From positions 7,378,001 through 7,442,000 of the forward strand of contig NC_135824.1 in NCBI RefSeq assembly GCF_964213995.1: a stretch of DNA of 64,000 nt, in the 5' to 3' direction. The position numbers and the translations under genes are program-made. This DNA comes from Mustelus asterias (Eukaryota). Of this stretch, positions 24,930 to 37,711 are shown in pieces. Positions within the stretch are counted from its first letter, which is position 1. Every line of letters starts with the position of its first letter. The notes under the pieces are model-generated. The model was given only the letters and a program-made list of their open reading frames with translations. It did no database searches and was not told where the DNA came from.

Positions 24930-26090
24930 GTTCATCTTTCAACTTCACATGGTCCATCTCCGACACTTCCCTTTCCTTCCTTGACTTCTCTGTCTTCATT
25001 TCTGGGAATAGGCCATGTATTAATATTTATTATAATCCCACTGACTTCCATAGCTACCTCAACTATACTTCCTCACACCTTGCTTTCTGTATGAACTCCA
25101 TTCACTCAATTTCTTTATCTCCATTGCATCTGTTCTGATGATGCTAACTTCCATGGTGGCCCTTCCAACATGTCTTCCTTCATCATCCACCAAGGATTTC
25201 CCCCCCATTGTGGTTGACAAGGTTTTCAACTTTGTCTGACCCATTTCGCACACTTCTGCTCTCACCTCTCCCCCCTCCCTTCCAGAACCATAATAGGGTT
25301 CCGCTTGTCCTCACTTTCCACTCCACCAGACTTCACATTCAAAGGATCATCCTCAGCCATTTCCGTCACATCCAGTGTGAAACCACCACCATATATATCC
25401 TCTCCTCCCTGCTAACCTTCCAAAGGGAATCTTCCCTTATCTTGGACCACTCTTCTCCCACACCCACCACCTCTTCCCCTTCACACAGCACCTGCCCATG
25501 CAATTGCAGGAGGTGTAATGTTAGGAATGGGTTAACTGCAACCTTCCACTTTAGACCTAGTTTGAATGTTAATTGTTTAATTGTGCTCACCGGGATATAT
25601 AAACAGGTGGCACTGGGTGTCGGGTGTGTGTTTGTGGAGTTGTAAAAGAGAATAAAGTGAATTTGTGAAGAAGCTGGGCTTGCATCATCTTTAATTACTG
25701 GACTGCAACTGAGAGGCTAAACATGTAACACCCACCCTTTTGCCTCCTCTTTCCTCACTGTCCAAGGATCCCAACACAGGCGAAGAAGTGACTTGCTTTT
25801 ACTTCTTTCAATTTAGGATACGGTATTCACTGCTCACAGTGTGGTCTCCCCTGCATTGGCAACCAAATGATGATTTAATGGCCCCTTTGTGGAACACCTC
25901 CACACAGCCTGCAAGCATGACTCTGACCTTCGATCATGCTCCACCTTGCTGTCCTGCCATTGCAACATTGGCTTGCTGCAATGTTCCATGGAAGCCCATC
26001 ACAAACTTGAGGAATAGCATGTCATCTTCTAATTAGGCACTTCACAACCTACATTGAGTTCAACAACATTAGACTGTGAACTCCGTTCTC
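24930..26090 (+). mobile_element. Penelope-like family B, RT thumb to GIY-YIG region, degenerate
   Basis: FTWSISDTSLSFLDFSVFISG..IYYNPTDFHSYLNYTSSH; RVPLVLTFH; CPCNCRRCN zinc-finger linker. Confidence 0.8.
25519..25723 (+). mobile_element. 205-bp solo LTR inserted into the Penelope B copy
   Basis: TG...CA ends (TGTTAG/CTAAACA); 5-bp TSD TGTAA at 25514-25518 and 25724-25728; TATATAAA near 25597; AATAAA at 25651. Confidence 0.75.
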
Positions 26091-26114
26091 CATTTTGATT
26101 TTTAAAGTTGATGT

Positions 26115-26395
26115 TAAAGTTTATTTTATTAGTCACAAGTAAGGCTCACATTAACACCGCAATGAAGTTACTGTGAAATTCCCCTAGTCACCACACTCCG
26201 GCGCCTGTTCGGGTCAAAGCACCTAACCAGCACGTCTTTCAGAATGTGGGAGGAAACTGGAGTATCTGGAGGAAGCCCACGCAGATACGGGGAGAATGTG
26301 CAAACTCCACACAGACAGTGACCCAAGCCCGGAATCGGACCTGGGATCCTGACGCTGTGAGGCAGCAATGCTAAGCACTGTGCCACCGTGCCGCC
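26115..26395 (-). mobile_element. V-SINE type B
   Basis: Homology to 6674-6975. Confidence 0.85.
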
Positions 26396-26682
26396 TGCTA
26401 ATTGCCAGTTTGTATTTTGTTTTCATGTTTTTGCTTTCAGACAGAATTATCCTTTATTCTGCTGTTAAAACTTGCTTTGGACCACGCTTTGTTTCTTTAC
26501 CACAACCCTCCCTTTGCCTTTTATTCCATGACATACTTGTTATTTAAGAGGTGATTTTGATCCCGCATTCTCCATCTGCGGGAATGGTGACACACACTCA
26601 GAATCCAGAAAGTGCGATTTGTGTCAGTAAATTTCCAAGTTCCAATCTTCCTGGCCCCTCACCGGCAACGTGGCATGAAAAA

Positions 26683-27000
26683 GAATCCCTACAGTGCAGA
26701 AGGAGGCCATTCAACCCATCAAGTCTGCACTGACCACAATCCCACCAAGGCCCTATCCCTGCAACCCTATGTATTTAACCTTCTAATCCCGTGATGCTAA
26801 GGGGCAATTTAGCATAGCCAATGCACCCTAACCTGCACATCTTTGGTCTGTGGGAGGAAACTGGAGCACCTGGAGGAAACCCACGCAGACACAGGGAGAA
26901 TGTGCAGACTTCGCACAGACAGTGACCTGAGGCCGGAATTGAACCCGGGTCCCTGGCGCTGTGAGGCAGCAGTGCTAACCACTGTGCCACCCAGCTGCCC
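26683..27000 (-). mobile_element. HE1-like V-SINE
   Basis: Reverse complement of the 3822-4132 type. Confidence 0.88.
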
Positions 27001-27959
27001 CACCATGGCACTGCATTTGAATACATTAGCATGTCATTAATGAGCACTCTCTCCAGGACTTACCCCCTCACTGGATATTCAGCGGGCACTGGTGTGATGT
27101 CACACCGGCGTCACTTACAGCAGCTCCACATTAGTGTTACTGTGGGCGCTCAGGCAGTCAGCACCGTCTGCAGTGTACGCTGCTCAGGGGGCACTAGGGA
27201 CATGGATAAGGAGTGGGGGTCCCAGAATCGCCATTTTGGGCAGAGGGATGGGGAGGGGTCACTTGCAGGCCTCACCTTCCCTTCATGTCGGGTGCTCTTT
27301 GCTTTAAAGGGGTTGTGTAGGCTGGTATGCGGGCAGCACTTCCTGTGTCCTTCGTCCTGGGCGCCTGTCCATATCATAGCTGAGGGAGTGCTCTTCCTTC
27401 GTGGCGGTTGGCAAGAGGGTGGGAGGACTTGAAAACAAGATGCTCAGCACTGGAGGCAGGGGAGGCGACTGTGAGTTGCAAAGGTGGGGTCCCATGACAA
27501 GCTAGGCTGTAAAGGCAGAGCGGGGGAATCAGAAATGGGCTGCATCTCTCCTCATGCTGCCTGAAGGGCCTCACACTCAGGGGAAGGATGACTGCTGTGC
27601 GATTGGAACCCACACTCAGGCAGCAGTGTGAGGACAAAGGGGAGAAGCTGCCCGACAGTCCAAAACTAATTGTCAGCGGTGCTGGCATGTATCGGTAGAT
27701 GTCAATGGGTCATGGAAGGCTGCTCAGCTCGGCACCTCTTGTGACCTGGGGAAAACAGGGTGCCCTCTGGGAATGCACTGTACATGCTAATTGCTGGCCT
27801 CACAATTCAGCTGTGCATTGCCTGCCACAAGAGGCGCACACTTAGCTGAACAGACACCTCAGCTTTCCCTAACCAGTGGTTAAGCCAATAAATGCTCTGT
27901 AGCCAAACAGCACAGCCATTTAATGGGGGCCACTCTTTAACCTTTGCAAGTGCATCCTC

Positions 27960-28265
27960 TGGGGCAAGCACGGTGGCACTGTAGTTAGTACGCTGCCTCA
28001 CAGCGCCAGGGATCCGGGTTTGATTCCCGCTTGGGTCACTGTCTGTGTGGAGTCTGCACATTCTCCCCATGTCTGCGTGGGTTTTCTCCAGGTGCTCCGG
28101 TTTCCCCCCACAGTCCAAAGATGTGTGGGTTAAGTGGTTAAGCCATGCTAAATGCTTGGGGTTACAGGGATAGAGTGGGGCGGTGGGCCTGGGTAAGATG
28201 CTCTTTCAGAGAGTGGGTGCAGATGGGCAGAATGGCCTTCTCCTGCACTGTACTAATTCTATGAT
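27960..28265 (+). mobile_element. HE1-like V-SINE
   Basis: Head, V-core and CR1-type tail. Confidence 0.88.
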
Positions 28266-31200
28266 TTTGCTTTTATTGTAACAAAAAATGTTCTGTTCAT
28301 CTGCACTAATATTCCTCACGTGTTGAACAGAAATGGCAGTAAAATCAATTACATTCATATTGTGTCAGAAGACTGCCAAAGCATATTTGAATTACAATTG
28401 TAATATGCCATCTCTAGAAGCGTCATGTGCTATATTTTCATCTATGTACAGACCTACTGCATCCTCCAGTTATTCTCTTACTGATCCTTATTCCAATGTC
28501 TTCCATCTTCTGTCTCACACACTTGACATTACAGCAACATGATGAGCTGTTGTCTATTGCTTTGTCTGCGCACACATTCTATGTTACCAATTCCCCTTCG
28601 GTCTCCTTCACTTCTAGTTAATAAAAGCCTTGAAGCTGTTCATTTTGGATCATTTCCAAATTTATTTTAATCCTTGTTATTTGGTACTGTAACGCGCACA
28701 CAGAATATGCAGTACATGGCGCTCGGATAAAGCCAGTGCATTGAAATTGTGATGTCTTAAAATTAGATGAATCTGCAAATCTTTCTTTCTGAAGGATGAC
28801 ATTAGGTAACTTTTTTCTTTGTTTTTGTTTGTTCTGGACTGTTTCTGAGAGAGGTAATTGGCAGGTAAGCCTCCTTGAAAATTTTCCTTCGGTAGAATAC
28901 CATCTGCCAGATATCACATCTCACATTGACAGAAATTGATGAACGAAATCAGCTATTTTCTCCATGGAAGCAATTAAAATAAGGAAAACACGCGCACACA
29001 CATACATTATTGAACTAAACGAGAAATATATTTCAATTGTTCAGTTGTGTTACAGCCTCACATTTCCCTGATGATTTCAGGAACTGTATACAGATGGGAG
29101 ATGAATTTGATATAAGCAAATTAATGTGCCTATCTATCATTGTCTTTTATGAGGTGCTAATGTGTCATGTACATAAAGAAGCTTGCCATAATTTGTATCA
29201 TTTTCAGTTTTGACTTTTTTTTTCTCTCCTATTTTCTCCCCTTACCCCTCCCAAAGGTGCTGCTTTCGAGCTCATTAGGGAACGGCTCTCCTTCTGTGCC
29301 TGCGTTTTATTCGAAAGATTTAAAAGGTGAATATCCACAGGCCAGAGGGGCAGCGCTGGGGTGAGGCATGTCATCTGAGTCCAATCTGTCTTCTCCTGAT
29401 ACCCAAATTGCCCCCCACCTCCCAGTCAATGGAAAACAATGCAACCTGGGAACCCCCAGCTGACTTTTTGCCCTCCCTAACGCAGGAGGCGATGGGGTCA
29501 AATCCAGCACTGATTATGCTACTGTTACCGGTGACACAAGCTGAGAATGGAACCTAGTTGGGAGATTCCTCATTAATGAACAGGCTCAGTTCCACATGAG
29601 GTGACGTATCAGTGGAGATGGACCTTGCCGTGAATTAAATAAACAAAAGTCCACTTTAAGCTAATATGAATTGAAGGCGACTACAATATGCAAATCTGGA
29701 CTTTGTAGCGATTCTAAAGGAACAAAAACAGTGTCTGCAGGGGGGGGGGTTATTGATCTTCGTTCTGTGACTGCAGATGCAAGCTGAATTAAACATTCCA
29801 CGTCCCCTACAACCTAATTTAGGGCACTAGTAGGTGTCTTAATCTTTTTGTGCTTTGATTGCAAAGACAGTTCAAAAATCGAGGACACCCTCTTGTGACT
29901 AGTTACCAGCCAGTCAACAATGGTTCGAGCAATTGGATTTTCATTACGTGATTGAGGGTGACCTACATCTTGTAGTGACTGAATTATAGAGGTCACCCAT
30001 GCAAAAGGATTATTTTTTTTAAATTATCCATTGTATAATTTCCTAAGGCTTGTTTACGTTCATGTGAACACCAAAAATGTTTAACTTTTTTTTTCAATAT
30101 GAGAATTAGGGATAATATTGTTTCCCCTGTGAAATGTTTGATACAGACAGTAGGTGTGTCAGTAATTCCCATATTGTCATCTGATATTGCAATTTACACC
30201 ACTCCACCCAGCCGGAGGGTTCAGACTGTGTGCATCTGGTTGTCACAAGGGAAAAATCTCACAGGGTGTAGCATAAATTACAACTTTAAAAGAAAATATT
30301 AATGAGCTCCCTAGATAAACACAACACTGCTGGGTAATACAGAAGGCCCCAGGCTCAATTCCAAGCCTTTGCCGAATTAACTGGTCTCTGTTGGGGTGGC
30401 AGTAGGGGTAATATAATTGCTTTCTACATCCCTACGTTGGAGAAGATAGAATCAGGCAGAGTTCATGCTCTTGATTATTATCTGGTGCCGAAAAGTGGCT
30501 GCGTTTGGTCACTTGAGCAAGGTATGATGGTGAATCAGGTGCTCATAGAAGTATAGAATAATCAGACTCAGCCCCACTCAGGAACTGAGGAAAGAACACT
30601 GGTGGTGGTTGTTGGCTAAGGGGGAGGGATGCTATGACACAAAAATAAATCATGGGCTGCTCAATAAATACCTATTTTCACTGGAATCTTTGCTTCCCAC
30701 CTACGAAAGTATCATGGTCCAAAGCAGTCTGATTTCACTCACTTCTGAACTCAGCCATCCTTTGGGTAATTGCTGCATTTATACAGTTGCTCCAGTGCAG
30801 ACTGCGCTCCTGGGACTTCCCCTATCTACATAGCTTAGACAAACGAGCACTGAGTATTGTACTTAACCATTGCACTATCAGGGAGCATTCGGCTTCATAT
30901 ACTTACCAGCCAGACCAGAGGGATGATCATCTGTTTTCTGGAGTGTTCATATGTTTTCTAAGATTACATCTGCAATGGGCGTTACCAAGTGCAGCTCTTT
31001 ATATAAAATAAAACTTAATTTCCAATTCAGAACAGTCATTTTTAAATAGCACAAATCTGTACCATCCTTTGCTGCCTTACAATGTACTTTATTGTTTTCA
31101 TTAACACTAATGGGAGTCAGATTACAGACTTGCATTTATAATGTGTTTTCAATTAATATTGAAATGTTTTCTTCTGGATGGTGGGTATTATTCCCCGTTG

Positions 31201-31639
31201 TACACTCCAGCAATTGGTAAGGATTGAGAACTATACCTTTATCTCCCACAGGGCAGGTACAGACAGCTTAGAGCTGTCATGTGATGGCTGCTATGGGAAC
31301 AAGCAGACTGAACCATCAGGTGCAGAGCTAACGACTGTCATGCACTTAGCATGACAGGCACCTGCCGAGTGTCAGTCGTGTTGCCAGGCAACAGCTCTGA
31401 GCTACAGGTTCCTGCCCAAAACCAAATTCCACTCGATCCAATCTGGGTTACCTCTCCCCAGTCTGCTCCATCCACCTCCTATCTCCCCCCGCACTTCCTC
31501 CAATGCTGTCTGCCATCTGTGTCTGCAACATGACTAAAAGGTGAGTTATACTTGTTTTATTTTCAAAGATACTGGATGCACAAGTGTTAAAATATCAAGT
31601 ACGAATACTGGTGCATATTCAATTGTTACATTTGAAAAA

Positions 31640-31960
31640 AAGACAAACTTGTCTTTCTGTAATCCTCTCCTGATCATTGGACATTTCAAAACACTTTACA
31701 GTCAATGATGCAATCTTGGAGCGTTTTCACTGTTTTAATGTGGGAAGTGGAGCAGCCAATTTGTGCACAGTAAGCTCCCACACACAGGAATGTTATAATT
31801 ACCAGATGGGTCGAATATTGGCCAGGATACTGGATATACCTCCACTGGTCTTCTTCACATTGATGCTATGGGATCTTGTGTGTCTACCTGAGAGGGCAGG
31901 CAAGGGCCTTGGTTTAACATCTCATCTGAGATGTCGCACCTCTGACGGAGCAGCACACCC
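31640..31960 (-). mobile_element. DeuSINE (SacSINE1-like)
   Basis: Reverse complement of the Deu-core (ggtttaacatctcatctgagatgtcgcacctctgac..gcagc). Confidence 0.7.
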
Positions 31961-32029
31961 CCCCCCCCCCCCCCCCACTGAGCCACGGCTGACACTGTGA
32001 CACATTTATACAGAATCAGGTTACACAGA

Positions 32030-33125
32030 ACAGTTCCTGCAGATTGGAAAGTAGCGAATGTAACCCCACTATATAAGAAAAGTGTGAGTAATAAAATAGC
32101 AAACTACAGACCTGTTAGCCCAACGTCAGTAGTTGGGAAAATGTTACAATCTATTAGAAAGGATGTTATTACTGGACACTTAAATAATGGTAGGTTTGAG
32201 CAGAGTCAGCATGGAATTATGAAAGAGAAATCATGTTTGACAAACCTGTTAAGAGTTTTTTTGAGGATGTTACTAGCAGAATAGATAAGGGGGAAACCAG
32301 TGGGTGTGGTGTGCTTGAATTTTCAGAAGGCTTTCGATAACATCCTACACAGGAGGTTAGTAAACAAAATTTGAAAATAGAATTGGGGATAATATACTGG
32401 CATGAATTGAGAATTAGTTAGCAGACAGAAAAGAGAGTTTCAATAATTGGGTCATTATCAGGTGGCAGGCTGTGACGAGTGGGGCACTGCAAGGATCAGT
32501 GATTGTGTCCCAGCTATTACCCATCTATACAAATGATTTGAATCTGGGACCAAATGGAATTTTTCTAATTTTGTGGATGACACAACGCGAGGTGGGAATG
32601 TGACTTGTGAGGAGGAAAGAAAGAGGCTTCAAGGAGATTTAGACAGGCTGAGTAAATGGGCAAGTGCATGGCTGATGGAAAATAATGTGGAAAAATGCAA
32701 AGTTATTCACTGGGAAAAACAGAAAGGCAGAATATTTCTTAAATGGTGAGAGTTTGGGAAGTGTTGATGTCCAAACGGATCCTGGTGTCCTTGTTCATAA
32801 GACACTGAAAGCTAACATGCAGGCACAGAAAGCAATTACAGAATCACAGAACTTTTACAGTACAGAAGGAGGCCATTCGGCCCATCAAGTCTGCACTGAC
32901 TGTCTGAAAGACCATTCTATTGAGTCCCACTCCCCTACCATAGCCCCGTAAATACCTTCTTTTCAGATAGCAATCCAATTCCCTTTTGAATACCTCGATC
33001 GAACCTGTTTCCACCTCTCAGCAAGTTCATTCCAGACTTCAACCACCCTCTGAGTGAAAAAAAATCCTTCATATCACTTTTACTCCAATTGCCAATCGTT
33101 TTGAATCTGTGCCCTCTAGTTACCC
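32030..33125 (+). mobile_element. Degenerate CR1-like RT fragment (+), followed by an inverted CR1 tail (32840-33125, -)
   Basis: VPADWKVANVTPLYKK..NYRPVSPTSVVGK..QHG..SCLTNLL. Confidence 0.85.
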
Positions 33126-33809
33126 TGCCATCTTAAAAATTCAGGCCCACGTGTTAAGGCAACTATGTTGGCCTTCCTATTTAATCTTTAAATGCTGTCT
33201 TCAGACAAACACAATAACAGAAGTGGCCATGACAGCAAAACCTACGCCTTAAGAATTGGAGATTGCAGGTCTCTATGCCTGTTCATTTTCAAGTCCACCA
33301 TTACAGCAAACCAACCTCCTGATAACGAGGCTACAAGTAACTAACCTTGTGACCTGCAGTAAGTCCATTCTTCAAGAGAATTCTACAATGACTCTTGTAT
33401 ACGGAATTGGCTATTGAACCCGCTCAGACTTCAATTCAGGAGTAAAAACATCTATTTCCTCAGGACTGCAAAGTGTGCTTTCGAAGATGAGCCACTCAGG
33501 TGAGTTACAGATTATTCCTTTAGTCTATAACTTGTATTCTCTTTAACTGTATTTTCTTTGATTGTGTGTGTGACTGGGCAAGTGAGCGATTTTGCGATAG
33601 ATTTTCAGAGCAAGTTTGTGAATAAATAATCCTCTTTATTTAAACCCACGAAAAGCTTATAGCTGGTTATTCAAATTGTCCACACATGCAGCTGTTAAGA
33701 AATACATCTTACTTTTAAAGAGCAAACCGATAGGGAAGGGAACAGAGTTTTCAATAGTACTTTCCCACTCTGTAGCAGTTTGCCTTTACCTGGTTGGAAA
33801 GGCGGCAGA

Positions 33810-33942
33810 ATGACGAAGAGTCATCCAGACTCGAAACGTTGGCTCTGTTCTCTCTCCACAGATGCTGTCAGACCTGCTGAGATTTTCCAACATTTTCTGT
33901 TTTTGTATCAGATTCCTACATCTGCAGTCATTTGCTTTTATA
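33810..33942 (+). mobile_element. Penelope family B terminal segment with a hammerhead-like motif at 33811-33843
   Basis: (a)UGACGA A GAGUC-aucca-GACUC GAAA CG UU; homologous to 20195-20330 and 43161-43253. Confidence 0.7.
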
Positions 33943-35242
33943 TACAGTCAAGTTTGTACTTGGTCTGATCACTGTTTGTCTTCTTGTAATAAATGTTATC
34001 ATTTCCATTAATGGTGCCCTACCTGAAATCAGCCAATTTAGTACAGAGCTTGGATTAAATCTTGGCACCGTCTTATTTAGTTACTCAGCCAGCAATTGGA
34101 TGAACTAGTTGAACCATAGTTTTGAAATATTATTTTGTGTTAAATTTAATGTTTCTAAGGACAGAGATGAGTAACCCTACTAATTCTCATCATCAAGTTT
34201 CCGGCATGAATATTGATCATTTGGGTGAGCTGGAAGTCAGCAGCAAGAGGCCTCACCAGGGCATGGGGTCAACAGCTTCAGAGAAAGTGGGGAAGGGAGA
34301 ACATGGGAAGCCAAAGGTGTTTTGAGCAGATCCCAATTGTTCAGTGGGTAAACATATTGGGGGCGATTTTCCAGCCTCGTTATGTCTGCTGCAAATCCCG
34401 CTATGTCGGGAAAATTCAGTGAGAAGCCTAAAACGGGATTCGCGCAGGATGCAAAACAATTTGTGGTCTTGCTGAGCCCTCCAAGCAGACACACTGAGGA
34501 CATGAACCCGATTACCATGGATTTAAATACATTTAAATATGCAGAATCGACTTAACGCTGAATCTTCCAGGAACGTCATATGTTCCAACCGCTGGCATGA
34601 CATAAAGCTGGCGGCAACCAAACGGACACCAGACACGATGACCATGCCAGGAGGCTCGGAGGCCATTGTAGCCCCTGGGTAGTCGGAATCATGGCAGTTC
34701 ACTGCCCTAGCACGACCCCCTGACACTGGCAGTGCCAACCTGGTTGAGCAGCCTTTAATATTCCCATCAAAACCATGGCTTCTGCAAATACTTTTCTATT
34801 GTACTTGTCCTATTGTCTCTGCATGAACCTTTATCTGATTATGCTCCTATCAAGTACCTTGGGATATTTTGCTATGCTAACCATGTTTTATAAGTGCAAG
34901 TTGCTGTAATTGATCATTCTGTAAAGCTTTCTTCACCCCTGAGTTGGGCCAAATCTTTTACACTTCACAAGTAACACAGTTTTGAATTTGTCTGAATCAT
35001 GATTCATCATAATCTTCAGAGAAATATTGGAATATTGACACAATTCACATAGAGTTTGGGGCTTTTCAAACACTTCACCTTTAATCTTTATCTTCATCTA
35101 TTGCGATCTCTACCACGGAAAGCAGTTGAGGCCAAAACATTGTATGTTATCAAGAAGGAGTTGCTGCAGCTCGTGGGGCTAAAGGGATCAAAGGATATGG
35201 GGTTAAAACAAGAATAAGTTACTGAGTTGGATGATCAGCCGT

Positions 35243-35555
35243 GGGTGGCACGGTGGCATAGTGGTTAGCACTGCTGTCTCACAGCGCCAGGGACCCTGGT
35301 TTGATTTCGGCCTCCGGTGACTGTCTATGCGGAGTTTGCATGTTCTCCCTGTGTCTGCGTGGGTTTCCTTCGGGTGCTCTGGTTTCCTCCTACAGTGCGG
35401 GTTAGGCTGATTGGCCATGCTAGGTTGGCCCCAGTGTCAGGGGATTAGCAAGGTAAATGTGCGGAGTTGTGGGAGTGGGGCCTGGGTGGGGATTGTGGTC
35501 GGTGCGGACTCGATGGGCTGAATGGCCTCCATTTATACTGTAAGGATTCTATTCT
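35243..35555 (+). mobile_element. HE1-like V-SINE nested in a CR1 tail (35105-35630)
   Basis: The CR1 tail gatgatcagcc|...|ataatgaatggtggagcagg is split by the SINE. Confidence 0.85.
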
Positions 35556-35849
35556 ATCATAATGAATGGTGGAGCAGGTTCGAAGGGCTGAATAGCTGAA
35601 TCTTGCTCCTAATTTTTATGTTTCTATGTTATGATTTACTATTTGAAGTGAAAGATAATTCTGTGTTGAAATTCAGATCACATCAACATGCAGGCCAATT
35701 GCCCACATCTCACATTTTTGTGAAGAGGAATGTTTGCAACCAATGACACACTTTCATTGTAAACATCAGCACTGAATCGTTTGAGTCCTTCTTTCCATTA
35801 CCCACCACATCTCAGGAGGCTAAGGAAATTTGGCATGTCCATTAATATT

Positions 35850-36357
35850 CTCACCAATTCTCACAGATGCATTCTTTCTGGTTGTATCACAGCTTGGTAT
35901 GGCTCCTGCTCTGACCAAGATCGCAAGAAACTACAAGGGTCGTGAACGTAGCCCAGTCCATCACGCAAACCAGCCTCCCATCCATTGACTCCATCTACAC
36001 TTCCCGCTGCCTTTGAAAAGCAGCCAGCATAATTAAGGACCCCACGCACCCCGGACATTCTCTCTTCCACCTTCTTCTGTCGGGCAAAAGATTCAGAAGT
36101 CTGAAAATATATACCAACCGACTCAAGAACAGCTTCTTCCCTGCTACCATCAGACCTTTGAATGATCCTATCATATATTAAGATGATCTTTCTCTTCACC
36201 CTATGTGTAATTGCAACATTGTATTCTACACCCTATCCTTTCCTTCTCCCCTATGTACTCTATAAACGGTATGTTTTGTCTGTACAGCGCGCAAGAAGCA
36301 ATGCCTTTCACTGTCTCCCACTACATGTGACAATAATAAATCAAATCACATCAAATC
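35850..36357 (+). mobile_element. Rex1/Babar-like LINE 3' end
   Basis: Homologous to the reverse complement of 53290-53750; ends catgtgacaataataaatcaaatcacatcaaatc. Confidence 0.85.
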
Positions 36358-36974
36358 AGCTCAGATTAACTATAACCATGGCAGGTGAGATGTGACTCTG
36401 GGATCTTGTTGCACTTATACAGTGTGGTCCTTATTCAGCTACAAGGTCGAGGTAAAAGCATTTTCTGGACCTGAAAGTATCTGCAGAAGCCGTGGTTTTG
36501 ATGGGAATATTGTTAGTGGTGCTGCTTATGTCCCCAGAACCATTTCATTGTTGATGAGGAATGAGACAGGAAAACAAGCCAGATGGGTGTCTCCTCATTA
36601 AGTAGAGGCAGAAATAGCAACACCACCTCCTGCAGCAAAGCAGTCCCCAGCCAGAGCTAAATCCTCCCCTTTCCTTGATATGCATAGCTGCTGTCCGGGC
36701 ACAGAGTCTTCAGGGAAAGTGGGGAAGGGAAAACTTTGGAGAGCCAAAAATGTTTCAAGTGGATTCCGATGGTTTGCTGAGTAAACACATTGCATGTTAA
36801 ATAAAGTTCGAGGCACAGACTTTTCAATACAGGCATGAACAGAGAGGCAAAAGAAAGGTTTCACAATGTAGCTAATTAAGAGTCAAATTTAAAAAATTAA
36901 TTTCTGAGAGAGTGTGCTGTACTCACATAAGGTAAATCTTATGCATTCAATGTTTGTATTATACTTCAGTTTAA

Positions 36975-37225
36975 TTTTTTTTATTTATTAGTCACAAGTA
37001 GGCTTACATTAACACTGCAATGAAGTTACTGTGAAAATCCCCTGGTCGCCCACACTCCGGCACCTGTTGGGTACACTGAGGGAGAATTTAGCACGGCCAA
37101 TCCACCTAACCAGCACGTCTTTCAGACTGTGGGAGGAAACCGCAGCGCCCTGAGGAAACCCACGCAGACACGGGAAGAATGAGTAAACTCCGCACAGACA
37201 GTGACCCAAGCCAGGAATTGAACCC
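36975..37225 (-). mobile_element. V-SINE type B, 5'-truncated
   Basis: Homology to 6674-6975. Confidence 0.85.
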
Positions 37226-37319
37226 AATAAAATACATACTTTTGACTGTCCATTATCAGTTAGCAACAAGCTCTTGCTCCTTGTTTCGCTGTGTCATGGT
37301 TTATCATCATCGTCATCTC

Positions 37320-37475
37320 AGCCAATCATCTCAGTCCCAGGATATTGCAACAGGGATTCCTCGGGGTATTGTCATTGGCCCAACCATCTTCAGCTGCTTT
37401 ATCAATGACCTTCTCTCCATAATGAGATCAGAAACGGGGCTGTTCGTAGATGATTGCACTACATTTAACAGCACT
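37320..37475 (+). mobile_element. RT fragment of a second CR1/L2-like LINE family
   Basis: SQDIATGIPRGIVIGPTIFSCFINDL...LFVDDCT (G(V/I)PQG..FADD-type motifs). Confidence 0.65.
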
Positions 37476-37711
37476 TTTTTTTAGCGTATCTTCATGGACA
37501 CACCTTTTTTCCCTTTTGGGGAATAGTGGGGAAGTAGTAGATGGGTTTCCGAGCTAATTATCAGCTCATTGAACTACACTGTGAATGCTCCTTCCATGAC
37601 CAACAAGTCCTGGCTTGGTACTGGACTTGACCCAGGAGCTTCTGTCAGAGATAGGGACGCTACCCACCAAGACCTCCTACAACAAGAGTGAGAATCCTTT
37701 AAGAGCTACCT

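Noticed and set aside
33150-33780. Possible solo LTR (similar candidates at ~30630-30880 and ~59052-60250)
   Set aside because: LTR-like composition, but I could not define matching termini and a TSD, and there is no second copy in the window.
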